Shown one piece after another: positions 17,749 to 25,965 of a stretch of 64,000 bases of DNA; position 1 is the first letter of the stretch; the number at the start of each line of letters is the position of its first letter. The notes below the pieces were generated by a model. The model saw only the letters and a program-made list of their open reading frames with translations. It was not told where the DNA came from and did not search any database. The DNA is from an uncultured Dehalococcoidia bacterium (GTDB lineage Bacteria > Chloroflexota > Dehalococcoidia > Lucifugimonadales > UBA1123), in the NCBI GenBank assembly GCA_958296105.1, contig OY282441.1, forward strand, positions 1,663,585-1,727,584, given 5' to 3'. Both the position numbers and the translations under genes were made by a program.

Positions 17749-17785
17749 TTGTATGGACATGGCGACAGTGTTGTAGAATAGTCGT
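17749..17785 (+). promoter_or_regulatory. Promoter-like block, array copy 2
   Basis: TTGTAT 17749-17754 and TAGAAT 17774-17779; ATG at 17786. Confidence 0.45.
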
Positions 17786-18520
17786 ATGACCCAGATGGCA
17801 GTACAGTTGAATCCCGAGTCGCTCGTCGCGCGCATCATCGCCGAGCTTCAAGCCAACCCCGAAGCTCAGCAGATGCTCTTGCGCGCGCTCCTGACCAATG
17901 AATTCTTGGGTATGCCCGCTCGCCTCGACCGAATCGAGGCGGACATAGCCGAGATCAAGGCAAGAGTCGGAAGGCTCGAAACAAGTGTCGGAAGACTTGA
18001 AACGAGTGTCGAAAGACTCGATACAAGAGTGGGGAGGCTCGAAACGAGTGTCGGAAGGCTCGAAATCAACGTAGCCCACCTCAGAGGGGACATGCTGGAA
18101 GTGAGGATAGAGCGCAGAATTCGGCCTTTGCTTAGCCAGAGACTCGGACTCCGCCGCTCGCGTATCATGCTGAGTCCAGCGTTGGACTCGGACACCGATT
18201 TCGACGACGCAATCGAGAGGGCGCTCCGTGGCGGCGCGATAACCTCCGCGCAGGAAGCCCGCGTCTACGCTACCGATTTCATCTTGCGCGCTCAGCGCAT
18301 CACTGACGGCTCATCCGTATGGGCAGCCATCGAGGTGTCGAACACCATCAACTATTACGACGTGGACAGGGCGAGAGAGACCGCCGAAATTCTCGGCATC
18401 GTGTTCGAGACGGAAAGCATCGCGGTCGCCATGGGTTACAGCATCGCTCCGCAGGATCGACGGCGCGCTGAAGACGCCGGCGTCCACGCGCTTCTGGTCG
18501 ATGACGGCAGATCTCCGTAG
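17786..18520 (+). CDS. Uncharacterised coiled-coil protein, array copy 2 (244 aa, 5 heptad units)
   Basis: Same N- and C-terminal domains as copy 1. Heptads: RVGRLET SVGRLET SVERLDT RVGRLET SVGRLEI. Confidence 0.85.
   Translation: MTQMAVQLNPESLVARIIAELQANPEAQQMLLRALLTNEFLGMPARLDRIEADIAEIKARVGRLETSVGRLETSVERLDTRVGRLETSVGRLEINVAHLRGDMLEVRIERRIRPLLSQRLGLRRSRIMLSPALDSDTDFDDAIERALRGGAITSAQEARVYATDFILRAQRITDGSSVWAAIEVSNTINYYDVDRARETAEILGIVFETESIAVAMGYSIAPQDRRRAEDAGVHALLVDDGRSP
17963..18067 (+). repeat. 21-nt heptad-coding repeat, 5 units
   Basis: Starts at codon 60 of copy 2. Confidence 0.9.
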
Positions 18521-18638
18521 TCTCGTTGAATCCGAGAACCGGCACCTGCCCCTCCATCTCCTACTGCCATACCACCCAGGTACCACTCACTTTTGCCGTA
18601 CCGCCTCCGCGTATATCGAGAATGCCGACCTGCGCCTA

Positions 18639-18675
18639 TTGTATGGACATGGCGACAGTGTTGTAGAATAGTCGT
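18639..18675 (+). promoter_or_regulatory. Promoter-like block, array copy 3
   Basis: TTGTAT 18639-18644 and TAGAAT 18664-18669; ATG at 18676. Confidence 0.45.
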
Positions 18676-19368
18676 ATGACTCAGATGGCAGTACAGTTGG
18701 ATCCCGAGTCGCTCGTCGCGCGCATCATCGCTGAGCTTCATGCCAATCCCGAAGCCCAGCAGATGCTCCTGCGCGCGCTCCTGACCAATGAGTTCTTGGG
18801 TATGCCCGCTCGCCTCGACCGAATCGAGGCGGACATAGCCGAGATCAAAACAAGTATCGAAAGACTCGATACAAGAGTGGGAAGGCTCGAAACGAGTGTC
18901 GGAAGGCTCGAAATCAACGTAGCCCACCTCAGAGGGGACATGCTGGAAGTGAGGATAGAGCGCAGAATTCGGCCTTTGCTTAGTCAGAGACTCGGACTCC
19001 GTCGCTCTCGAATCATGCTGAGTCCAGCGTTGGACTCGGACACCGATTTCGACGACGCAATCGAGAGGGCGCTCCGTGGCGGCGCGATAACATCCGCGCA
19101 GGAAGCCCGCGTCTACGCCACCGATTTCATCTTGCGCGCTCAGCGCATCACTGACGGCTCCTCCGTATGGGCAGCCATCGAGGTGTCGAACACCATCAAC
19201 CATTACGACGTGGACAGGGCGAGAGAGACCGCCGAAATTCTCGGCATCGTGTTCGAGACGGAAAGCATCGCGGTCGCCATGGGTTACAGCATCGCTCCGC
19301 AGGATCAGCAGCGCGCTGAAGACGCCGGCGTCCACGCGCTTCTGGTCGATGACGGCAGATATCCGTAG
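18676..19368 (+). CDS. Uncharacterised coiled-coil protein, array copy 3 (230 aa, 3 heptad units)
   Basis: Heptads: SIERLDT RVGRLET SVGRLEI. Otherwise near-identical to the other copies. Confidence 0.85.
   Translation: MTQMAVQLDPESLVARIIAELHANPEAQQMLLRALLTNEFLGMPARLDRIEADIAEIKTSIERLDTRVGRLETSVGRLEINVAHLRGDMLEVRIERRIRPLLSQRLGLRRSRIMLSPALDSDTDFDDAIERALRGGAITSAQEARVYATDFILRAQRITDGSSVWAAIEVSNTINHYDVDRARETAEILGIVFETESIAVAMGYSIAPQDQQRAEDAGVHALLVDDGRYP
18853..18915 (+). repeat. 21-nt heptad-coding repeat, 3 units
   Basis: Starts at codon 60 of copy 3. Confidence 0.9.
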
Positions 19369-19373
19369 TCTCG

Positions 19374-19478
19374 TTGAAGCCGCCGGTTCTCGCCTCGCTC
19401 ATCCTGGTCGCTCTGCTGGCGGTGGCGTGCAGCCAAGAACCGGCGTCTGCCGCAGCAGTGCCGCCTGCCATGTATTGA
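19374..19478 (+). pseudogene. Orphan lipoprotein signal-peptide remnant in the spacer between copies 3 and 4
   Basis: TTG-started 34-codon ORF MKPPVLASLILVALLAVACSQEPASAAAVPPAMY*, clearly homologous to the first codons of gene 21117 (MKPTAISALILIALLAVACGREPAPAPP). Confidence 0.65.
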
Positions 19479-19497
19479 GAATGCCGACCTGCGCCTA

Positions 19498-19534
19498 TTG
19501 TATGGACATGGCTACAGTGTTGTAGAATAGCCGT
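19498..19534 (+). promoter_or_regulatory. Promoter-like block, array copy 4
   Basis: TTGTAT 19498-19503 and TAGAAT 19523-19528; ATG at 19535. Confidence 0.45.
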
Positions 19535-20290
19535 ATGATCCAGATGGCAGTACAGTTGGATCCCGAGTCGCTCGTCGCGCGCATTATCGCTGAGCTTCAG
19601 GCCAACCCCGAAGCCCAGCAGATGCTCCTGCGTGCGCTCTTGACCAATGAATTCTTGGGTATGCCCGCTCGCCTCGACCGAATCGAGGCGGACATAGCCG
19701 AGATCAAGGCAAGAGTCGGAAGGCTCGAAACGAGTGTCGAAAGACTCGATACAAGAGTGGAAAGGCTCGAAACAAGTATCGAAAGACTCGATACAAGAGT
19801 GGAAAGGCTCGAAACGAGTGTCGGAAGGCTCGAAATCAACGTAGCCCATCTCAGAGGGGACATGCTGGAAGTGAGGATAGAGCGCAGAGTTCGGCCTTTG
19901 CTTAGTCAGAGACTCGGACTCCGCCGCTCTCGAATCATGCTGAGTCCAGCGTTGGACTCGGACACCGATTTCGACGACGCAATCGAGAGGGCGCTCCGTG
20001 GCGGCGCGATAACATCCGCGCAGGAAGCCCGCGTCTACGCCACCGATTTCATCTTGCGCGCTCAGCGCATCACTGACGGCTCATCCGTATGGGCAGCCAT
20101 CGAGGTGTCGAACACCATCAACCATTACGACGTGGACAGGGCGAGAGAGACCGCCGAAATTCTCGGCATCGTGTTCGGGACGGAAAGCATCGCGGTCGCC
20201 ATGGGTTACAGCGTCGCTCCGCAGGATCGGCGGCGCGCTGAAGATGACGGCGTCCACGCGCTTCTGGTCGATGACGGCAGATCTCCGTAG
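19535..20290 (+). CDS. Uncharacterised coiled-coil protein, array copy 4 (251 aa, 6 heptad units)
   Basis: Heptads: RVGRLET SVERLDT RVERLET SIERLDT RVERLET SVGRLEI. Confidence 0.85.
   Translation: MIQMAVQLDPESLVARIIAELQANPEAQQMLLRALLTNEFLGMPARLDRIEADIAEIKARVGRLETSVERLDTRVERLETSIERLDTRVERLETSVGRLEINVAHLRGDMLEVRIERRVRPLLSQRLGLRRSRIMLSPALDSDTDFDDAIERALRGGAITSAQEARVYATDFILRAQRITDGSSVWAAIEVSNTINHYDVDRARETAEILGIVFGTESIAVAMGYSVAPQDRRRAEDDGVHALLVDDGRSP
19712..19837 (+). repeat. 21-nt heptad-coding repeat, 6 units
   Basis: Starts at codon 60 of copy 4. Confidence 0.9.
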
Positions 20291-20423
20291 TCTCGTTGAA
20301 GCCGAGAACCGGCACCTGCCCCTCCATCTCCTACTGCCGCAGCGCCGCCTGCCATACCACCCAGGTACCACTCACTTTTGCCGTACCGCCTCCGCGTATA
20401 TCGAGAATGCCGACCTGCGCCTA

Positions 20424-20460
20424 TTGTATGGACATGGCTACAGTGTTGTAGAATAACCGT
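20424..20460 (+). promoter_or_regulatory. Promoter-like block, array copy 5
   Basis: TTGTAT 20424-20429 and TAGAAT 20449-20454; ATG at 20461. Confidence 0.45.
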
Positions 20461-21111
20461 ATGATCCAGATGGCAGTACAGTTGGATCCTGAGTCGCTCG
20501 TCGCGCGCATCATCGCTGAACTTCAGGCCAACCCCGAAGCTCAGCAGATGCTCCTGCGCGCGCTCCTGACCAATGAGTTCTTGGGTATGCCCGCTCGCCT
20601 CGACCGAATCGAGGCGGACATAGCCGAGATCAAGGCAAGAGTGGGGAGGCTCGAAATCAACGTAGCCCATCTCAGAGGAGACATGCTGGAAGTGAGGATA
20701 GAGCGCAGAATTCGGCCTTTGCTTAGCCAGAGACTCGGACTCCGCCGCTCGCGTATCATGCTGAGTCCAGCGTTGGACTCGGACACCAATTTCGACGACG
20801 CAATCGAGAGGGCGCTCCGTGGCGGCGCGATAACATCCGCGCAGGAAGCCCGCGTCTACGCCACCGATTTCATCTTGCGCGCTCAGCGCATCACTGACGG
20901 CTCATCCGTATGGGCAGCCATCGAGGTGTCGAACACCATCAACCATTACGACGTGGACAGGGCGAGAGAGACCGCCGAAATTCTCGGCATCGTGTTCGAG
21001 ACGGAAAGCATCGCGGTCGCCATGGGTTACAGCATCGCTCCGCAGGATCGGCGGCGCGCTGAAGATGACGGCGTCCACGCGCTTCTGGTCGATGACGGCA
21101 GATCTCCGTAG
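20461..21111 (+). CDS. Uncharacterised coiled-coil protein, array copy 5 (216 aa, 1 heptad unit)
   Basis: Single heptad RVGRLEI. The stop TAG lies 5 nt before the TTG start of the downstream lipoprotein gene. Confidence 0.85.
   Translation: MIQMAVQLDPESLVARIIAELQANPEAQQMLLRALLTNEFLGMPARLDRIEADIAEIKARVGRLEINVAHLRGDMLEVRIERRIRPLLSQRLGLRRSRIMLSPALDSDTNFDDAIERALRGGAITSAQEARVYATDFILRAQRITDGSSVWAAIEVSNTINHYDVDRARETAEILGIVFETESIAVAMGYSIAPQDRRRAEDDGVHALLVDDGRSP
20638..20658 (+). repeat. 21-nt heptad-coding unit, single
   Basis: Starts at codon 60 of copy 5. Confidence 0.85.
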
Positions 21112-21116
21112 TCTCG

Positions 21117-22571
21117 TTGAAACCGACAGCGATCTCAGCACTCATCCTGATCGCTCTGCTGGCGGTGGCGTGCGGCAGAGAACCGGCGCCTGCCCCTCCA
21201 TCTCCGATCGCAGCAGCTCCGTCTGAGCCTCCGATTGCCGTCCCCACCGCCACCGCGATCCCCACGCCGCCGCCCACGTCCACACCTGCGCCCACGTCCA
21301 CGCCTGCGCCCACACCCACGTTCACGCCTCCCCCTGCCATACTGCCCACCGCCCAGCTGCCGCTGGAGACTGTCACGCCCACCACCGGCGCGCCGCCGAA
21401 CATCGAGCGCAAGCTGGACGCAATCGCCTTGACGACCTCGGCCATACGCGATCTGTCCGCGCTCGGCCCGGTGGAGCGGCAGCTGCTCAGCAAGGAGGAG
21501 CTGCGCGCGCTGCTGGCTGAGGACTTCGAGGAAGAAGCCGAGTCCGTCGCCATCGCGGGGCGGCTGTACGCGAGACTCGGAATCATCGAGCCGGACGTAG
21601 ATCTTGGCGACCTGCTCGTCGACGTGTTCAGCGACGTCGTAGTCGGGCTGTTCGACACGGAAGACGAGATACTCTACGTAGCCGCCGACGAAGACGGCTT
21701 CTCACTCGAGAACGAGCTGACCGTGGCGCACGAGTTCGCGCACAGCCTTCAGCAGGCGCACTTCGACATCTATGCGCTGGCGCAGAGCGTGGAGGACAAC
21801 TCCGACCGCAGCGCCGCACTCAGAGCGCTCGTGGAAGGCGACGCCACGATTACGGACTACATCTACTACCTCGAAGTCTTCAGCGAGTATGAGCAGCAGA
21901 CGCTCCGCGAGCAGCGCGCGGACAGCGAGCCGCCATCCGCGTTCTTGGGCGCGCCCGTGTTCATACAGCGAACCATTGCGTTCCCATACGTAGATGGGCG
22001 GCAGTTCGCCGTCAGCCTGTACACGCGCAGCGGCGATTTCTCCGCCATAGACGCGGCATACGAGGCGCTTCCCGCATCCACAGAGCAGATCATCCATCCC
22101 GACAAGTACGGCGTCGAGCAGCCCGTGTCCGTGGACGTGCCGGATGTTGCCGCCATACTCGGCGAGGACTGGTCCGAGGTGGAGCGCGACGTCATGGGCG
22201 AGCTGTTCTTCAGGTCTCTTCTGGAAAACCAGAGCGGAACCAGAGCATACGCCGGCGAGTCCGCCGCAGGGTGGGGCGGCGATGGCTACGCGCTTCTGGA
22301 GAGTCCGTCATCCGAAGACGCCCTCGTCTCGCTCAGCGTTTGGGACACGCAGGAGGAGGCCGCCGAGGTCGCGGCCGCGCTTCGGGCTTACTTCGCGGTG
22401 CTGGCCGGCGCCAAGTGGGAGCGGGCTGAAGACACGGACGCCGCCACGCTCCGCCTGTTCGCGGAGGGAACGGCAGCCGAGCTGCGCGAACAGGGGCGGG
22501 AAGTACGCCTGATCATCGCAGGCTCGGCTGACGATCTGGAAGCGATATCGGCTGCGCTCAGCGGCCAGTAA
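21117..22571 (+). CDS. Putative lipoprotein zinc metalloprotease (HExxH, MA-clan-like) with PT-rich linker
   Basis: 484 aa. TTG start, signal peptide plus Cys (LLAVAC), linker PTPPPTSTPAPTSTPAPTPTFTPPP, motif LTVAHEFAHSLQ and downstream LVEGDAT. Confidence 0.7.
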   Translation: MKPTAISALILIALLAVACGREPAPAPPSPIAAAPSEPPIAVPTATAIPTPPPTSTPAPTSTPAPTPTFTPPPAILPTAQLPLETVTPTTGAPPNIERKLDAIALTTSAIRDLSALGPVERQLLSKEELRALLAEDFEEEAESVAIAGRLYARLGIIEPDVDLGDLLVDVFSDVVVGLFDTEDEILYVAADEDGFSLENELTVAHEFAHSLQQAHFDIYALAQSVEDNSDRSAALRALVEGDATITDYIYYLEVFSEYEQQTLREQRADSEPPSAFLGAPVFIQRTIAFPYVDGRQFAVSLYTRSGDFSAIDAAYEALPASTEQIIHPDKYGVEQPVSVDVPDVAAILGEDWSEVERDVMGELFFRSLLENQSGTRAYAGESAAGWGGDGYALLESPSSEDALVSLSVWDTQEEAAEVAAALRAYFAVLAGAKWERAEDTDAATLRLFAEGTAAELREQGREVRLIIAGSADDLEAISAALSGQ

Positions 22572-22581
22572 CCGACGGCAG

Positions 22582-23916
22582 TCAGCCGCCGAGCATCCTC
22601 ATCAAGTTCTGCCTGCCTCTGCCCGAAGACATCTGCCGCATCATCTTCTGCATCTGGCGGAACTGGTTCAGCAGCTGGTTCACATCGCGCGGCGTAGTGC
22701 CGCTTCCTCTGGCGATCCGCCGCCGCCTGCTGCCCCCGATTATCTCCGGCCTACGACGCTCCTCCGGAGTCATGGAGTAGATGATCGCCTCGATCCGCTT
22801 CGTGCTGTCCACGTCGAGCTGGTCAGTCGGCAGCCTGCCCCTGACTGCGGAGAAGCCGGGGATCATCTCCAGCACCTGGCTGAGCGGCCCCATCTGCCTG
22901 ATCTGCTGAATCTGCTGAAGGAAGTCGTCCAGATCGAATCTCGACTGTCTCAGCTTGCGCTCCAGATCCAGCATCTGCTGTTCGCCCAAGTTCTGCTCTG
23001 CCTTCTCGATGAGGCTGAGCATATCGCCCATGCCCAAGATCCGAGAGGCGAGCCTGTCGGGGTGGAACTGCTCCAGCGCCTCTATGCGCTCGCCGGTTCC
23101 CATGAACTTGATCGGAACGCCTGTCACCTTGGTGATCGACAGCGCGGCTCCGCCTCGCGCGTCGCCGTCCATCTTGGTCAGCGCCAATCCGGTGAGGTCG
23201 ATCCTCTTATGGAACTCCTCTGCGACCGAGATCGCCTCCTGCCCGGTCATCGCGTCGAGTACGAGGAGCGTCTCCGTGGGCTTGACGGCCTTGTGGACGG
23301 ACTCCAGCTCGTCCATGAGCGCGGCGTCCACCTGAAAGCGTCCTGCGGTATCCACGATGACCCAGCCGACCCCGATCTCCCTCGCCTTCCGAATCCCGGC
23401 GACGGCTACGGTTACCGTGTCCGAGGTGTTCCGATCCGAGTACACCCTCGTGTTGGTCTGTCGTCCGAGCGTCTCCAGCTGGTCGATAGCCGCCGGACGG
23501 CGCAGGTCGGCTGCCACCAGCAGCGAAGTCTGGCCGCTCTGGGCAAGGTGGCGCGCCAGCTTTGCCGCCAGCGTGGTCTTGCCTGCCCCGTTCAGCCCTG
23601 CCATCAGCGCCACCGTCGGCTGAGATGGGCCGCTCTCCAGCCTGTGGCTGCCGCCGCTGAGAATAGCGGTCAGCTCGTCGTTGGTGATCTTCACCACCTG
23701 CTGGCCGGGCGTCAGGCTCGTGAGCAGGTCCTCCTGCATCACCTTCTCTTTGATGCCCGCCACCAGCTCGCGCGCGACCCTGAAGTTCACGTCCGCTTCC
23801 AGCAGCGCCATGCGCACCTCGCGCAGCGCCGAATCCACGTCTCGCTCCGTGAGCCGCCCCTTCGATCTGAGACGGTTGAACACGACATCCAGTTTTTCGG
23901 TAAGCGCTTCGAACAT
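22582..23916 (-). CDS. ffh: Signal recognition particle protein Ffh
   Basis: 444 aa with N domain, GTPase motifs GLNGAGKTT and DTAGR, and a Met-rich M domain ending QMQKMMRQM. Confidence 0.95.
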   Translation of the reverse strand: MFEALTEKLDVVFNRLRSKGRLTERDVDSALREVRMALLEADVNFRVARELVAGIKEKVMQEDLLTSLTPGQQVVKITNDELTAILSGGSHRLESGPSQPTVALMAGLNGAGKTTLAAKLARHLAQSGQTSLLVAADLRRPAAIDQLETLGRQTNTRVYSDRNTSDTVTVAVAGIRKAREIGVGWVIVDTAGRFQVDAALMDELESVHKAVKPTETLLVLDAMTGQEAISVAEEFHKRIDLTGLALTKMDGDARGGAALSITKVTGVPIKFMGTGERIEALEQFHPDRLASRILGMGDMLSLIEKAEQNLGEQQMLDLERKLRQSRFDLDDFLQQIQQIRQMGPLSQVLEMIPGFSAVRGRLPTDQLDVDSTKRIEAIIYSMTPEERRRPEIIGGSRRRRIARGSGTTPRDVNQLLNQFRQMQKMMRQMSSGRGRQNLMRMLGG

Positions 23917-23943
23917 CGGCTGCTTACGCCCCTCACTACTCTT

Positions 23944-24963
23944 TCAGTACAGCGACTCTACCATGCTGTTCATAATCGACGAGATGAACCTCACCCCTGA
24001 AATCGCCCGGTCGTACTCCATTCTCGTTGGCCCCACCACGCCCACGCTGCCGAGCGCGTGGCCCGGAATTCCGTAGCGGCATATGACCACGCTCAGCGGC
24101 CTCAGCACGTCGCCCCGATGCTCTCGGCCTATGACCACCCTCACCACCTGCCCCATCGGCGCCTCGTCCAGCGCAGCCTCGATCAGGCTTCCATCGTCCA
24201 CGCCGCGGATGATCGGGCGCACCTTCTCGTAGTCCACGAACTCCGGCTGATCGAGCAGATTCCGCAGCCCGCTGGCGTAGTGATCCGTATGCTGAGACTC
24301 GTCCTCCTCCTTCAGCATCACCAGAGTGGCGTCCACAGCCCGGCGCTCGGGCTGCGTCAGGCCCATCGTCCGTTCGGCTATCTCCTTGCGGCTCAGCCCC
24401 AGAACGTGGCTGCGTATCCTGACAGACATCGACTCCAGCTCGGAGGTCTCGACCGGCTTGTCGAACCTCAGCAGCTGCTTTCGCAGCTTCGCCTGCTCCA
24501 TCACCACCACCAGCAGCGCCAGCACGTCGCGCACTGGAACCAGATCGAGGTGCTTGACTCTGGACACGGTCGTCTTTGGGAAAGTGGCGATTCCCAGATT
24601 GTCCATCAGCTGCGCGAGCAGCGCCGCCGCCACGTCTCCCCACTGATCCACGTCGTCCCACACGTCCATGAAGCGGCTGCTGATGGTCGTGCGCGTCTGC
24701 GATGGCACGCGGTCTTCGGCGTCCGACAGGAACGACTCCACGTACAGCCTGTACGCCTTGTCCTGCGGCACGCTGCCCGCCGACGAGTGCGGACGAGAGA
24801 TGAACCCCTGCTCCTCCAGCGCCGCAACCTCGCTGCGAACCGTCGCGGGGCTGACCCCGAGCTGGTGGCTGCGCGTCAGGCTCTCCGACGAAATCGGAGA
24901 CGCATCGCGGATATAGTCGTCCACGATGTGCCTGAGAATAAGCTGTTGACGCTCGGTCACCAT
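23944..24963 (-). CDS. hrcA: Heat-inducible transcription repressor HrcA
   Basis: 339 aa. N-terminal wHTH ERQQLILRHIVDDYIRDASPISSESL ... ATVRSEVAALEEQGFISRPHSSAGSVP. Confidence 0.9.
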   Translation of the reverse strand: MVTERQQLILRHIVDDYIRDASPISSESLTRSHQLGVSPATVRSEVAALEEQGFISRPHSSAGSVPQDKAYRLYVESFLSDAEDRVPSQTRTTISSRFMDVWDDVDQWGDVAAALLAQLMDNLGIATFPKTTVSRVKHLDLVPVRDVLALLVVVMEQAKLRKQLLRFDKPVETSELESMSVRIRSHVLGLSRKEIAERTMGLTQPERRAVDATLVMLKEEDESQHTDHYASGLRNLLDQPEFVDYEKVRPIIRGVDDGSLIEAALDEAPMGQVVRVVIGREHRGDVLRPLSVVICRYGIPGHALGSVGVVGPTRMEYDRAISGVRFISSIMNSMVESLY

Positions 24964-25160
24964 ACCAAGAACCGTCCGCTGAGAGTCGCTACACCCGAAA
25001 GTTTAAGTAGCCTTCAGAGGTTCGTCAACCCAGTACAGCGCAGGTGTAGAGGTGTTTATCGGTGGGTGGGCGCTCTTTCCCCGTCCCTCGCCCTTCACTT
25101 ATACTCTAAGCCAGCGGCCCCGCCGCGGCGGAAGCGTGAAGAGCATTGGAGAGCGGCTAA

Positions 25161-25790
25161 ATGGAGATATTCTGGCTCGGACAATCATCGGCGAGACTCG
25201 TGAGCAACGACGTTGCGCTGATCACCGACCCGTTCGCGGACGCTCCCGCCGGCTCAGACGCCCAGATCGTGGCGATCACCCACCACGCCCCCACCCTCCC
25301 CAGCCGTGCCGACTTGGGCGAAGACGCCAGAATCATAGACGGACCGGGCCAGTACGAGGCGCTCGGATACAACATCACCGGCATCGGCACCGCGCTGAAC
25401 GACGAGGAGGGCAGCCGTCGAATAAACACGGTTTACGTAATCCGCTCCGAGGGAGTGTCTGTCTGCCACCTCGGAGCGTTGAGCGCGAAGCTGAGCGCGA
25501 GACATCTGGACTCGCTCGGCTCCATCGACGTGCTGCTGACTCCGACACGCGGGCGCGGCGGTCTTGGGACGAGCCAGATCGTCCAGCTCGCCAACGTGCT
25601 GAACCCGCGCATCGTGATCCCGGTCGGATACGAGGTCGATGATGAGAGCGAGGAAGAGCAGTCACCGCTAGACGCGCTCCTAGACCAGATGAAAGTCGAG
25701 CGACCCGACCCGCAGCCTCGCCTGAACGTCACCCGAACCAATCTCCCTAGAGAGAGCCGGGTGGTCATCCTAACCCCACGTCGCCGCTGA
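25161..25790 (+). CDS. MBL-fold metallo-hydrolase-like protein (UPF0173-like)
   Basis: 209 aa starting MEIFWLGQSSARLVSNDVALITDPF...VAITHHAP. The histidine motif is atypical. Confidence 0.6.
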   Translation: MEIFWLGQSSARLVSNDVALITDPFADAPAGSDAQIVAITHHAPTLPSRADLGEDARIIDGPGQYEALGYNITGIGTALNDEEGSRRINTVYVIRSEGVSVCHLGALSAKLSARHLDSLGSIDVLLTPTRGRGGLGTSQIVQLANVLNPRIVIPVGYEVDDESEEEQSPLDALLDQMKVERPDPQPRLNVTRTNLPRESRVVILTPRRR

Positions 25791-25832
25791 AGCCCAGCCG
25801 TTTCGCCCATACTAAGAGATCATCCCTATCTC

Positions 25833-25881
25833 GGCAAAGAAGAGAGCGGAGGGGAGGGCGCGCTGCCCCCGCTCCTCCGCT
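25833..25881 (-). terminator. Candidate intrinsic terminator for the 389-aa surface protein gene
   Basis: Read on the minus strand, a long imperfect hairpin AGCGGAGGAGCGGGGGC-agc-GCGCCCTCCCCTCCGCT is followed by CTCTTCTTTGCC. Its right arm is partly repeated at 25899-25921. Confidence 0.5.
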
Positions 25882-25965
25882 GTGAGAAGTCGATGTATCC
25901 CCGCTCCTCCACTGTGAGAGGGCAAGGGTGAATGCCCCCTTACCCTCTTGGATTGGATACCCGAT

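Larger units (their letters stand above)
16861..21210 (+). repeat. Five-unit head-to-tail tandem gene array (unit ~840-930 bp)
   Basis: Start-to-start distances are 842, 890, 859 and 926 nt. Each unit comprises a promoter-like block, an ORF and a spacer that carries a remnant of the 5' end of the downstream gene at 21117. Confidence 0.9.

Noticed and set aside
16861-21210. Possible CRISPR array or mobile element, given the regular ~0.85-0.93 kb periodicity
   Set aside because: The repeats are whole genes, not 25-40-nt repeats with unique spacers. No cas, transposase or integrase genes, terminal inverted repeats or target-site duplications were seen. The 9-nt, 12-nt, 21-nt and 48-nt repeats elsewhere are all in-frame coding microsatellites.
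16647-21658. N-terminal extension of the rny ORF to 17696, and the series of long minus-strand ORFs across the array (17552-18079, 18436-19335, 19196-19849, 20206-20670, 20939-21658)
   Set aside because: They read through intergenic spacers and promoters, are repeated only because the DNA is repeated, and have no start or RBS context. The plus-strand ORFs have conserved starts, a clean heptad periodicity and matching stops in all five units.
24964-25160. Expected CIRCE operator (TTAGCACTC-N9-GAGTGCTAA) upstream of hrcA
   Set aside because: I scanned the hrcA upstream region on both strands and found no CIRCE-like inverted repeat. There is only a CCGCCGCGGCGG palindrome. CIRCE is probably located at groES/dnaK promoters elsewhere.
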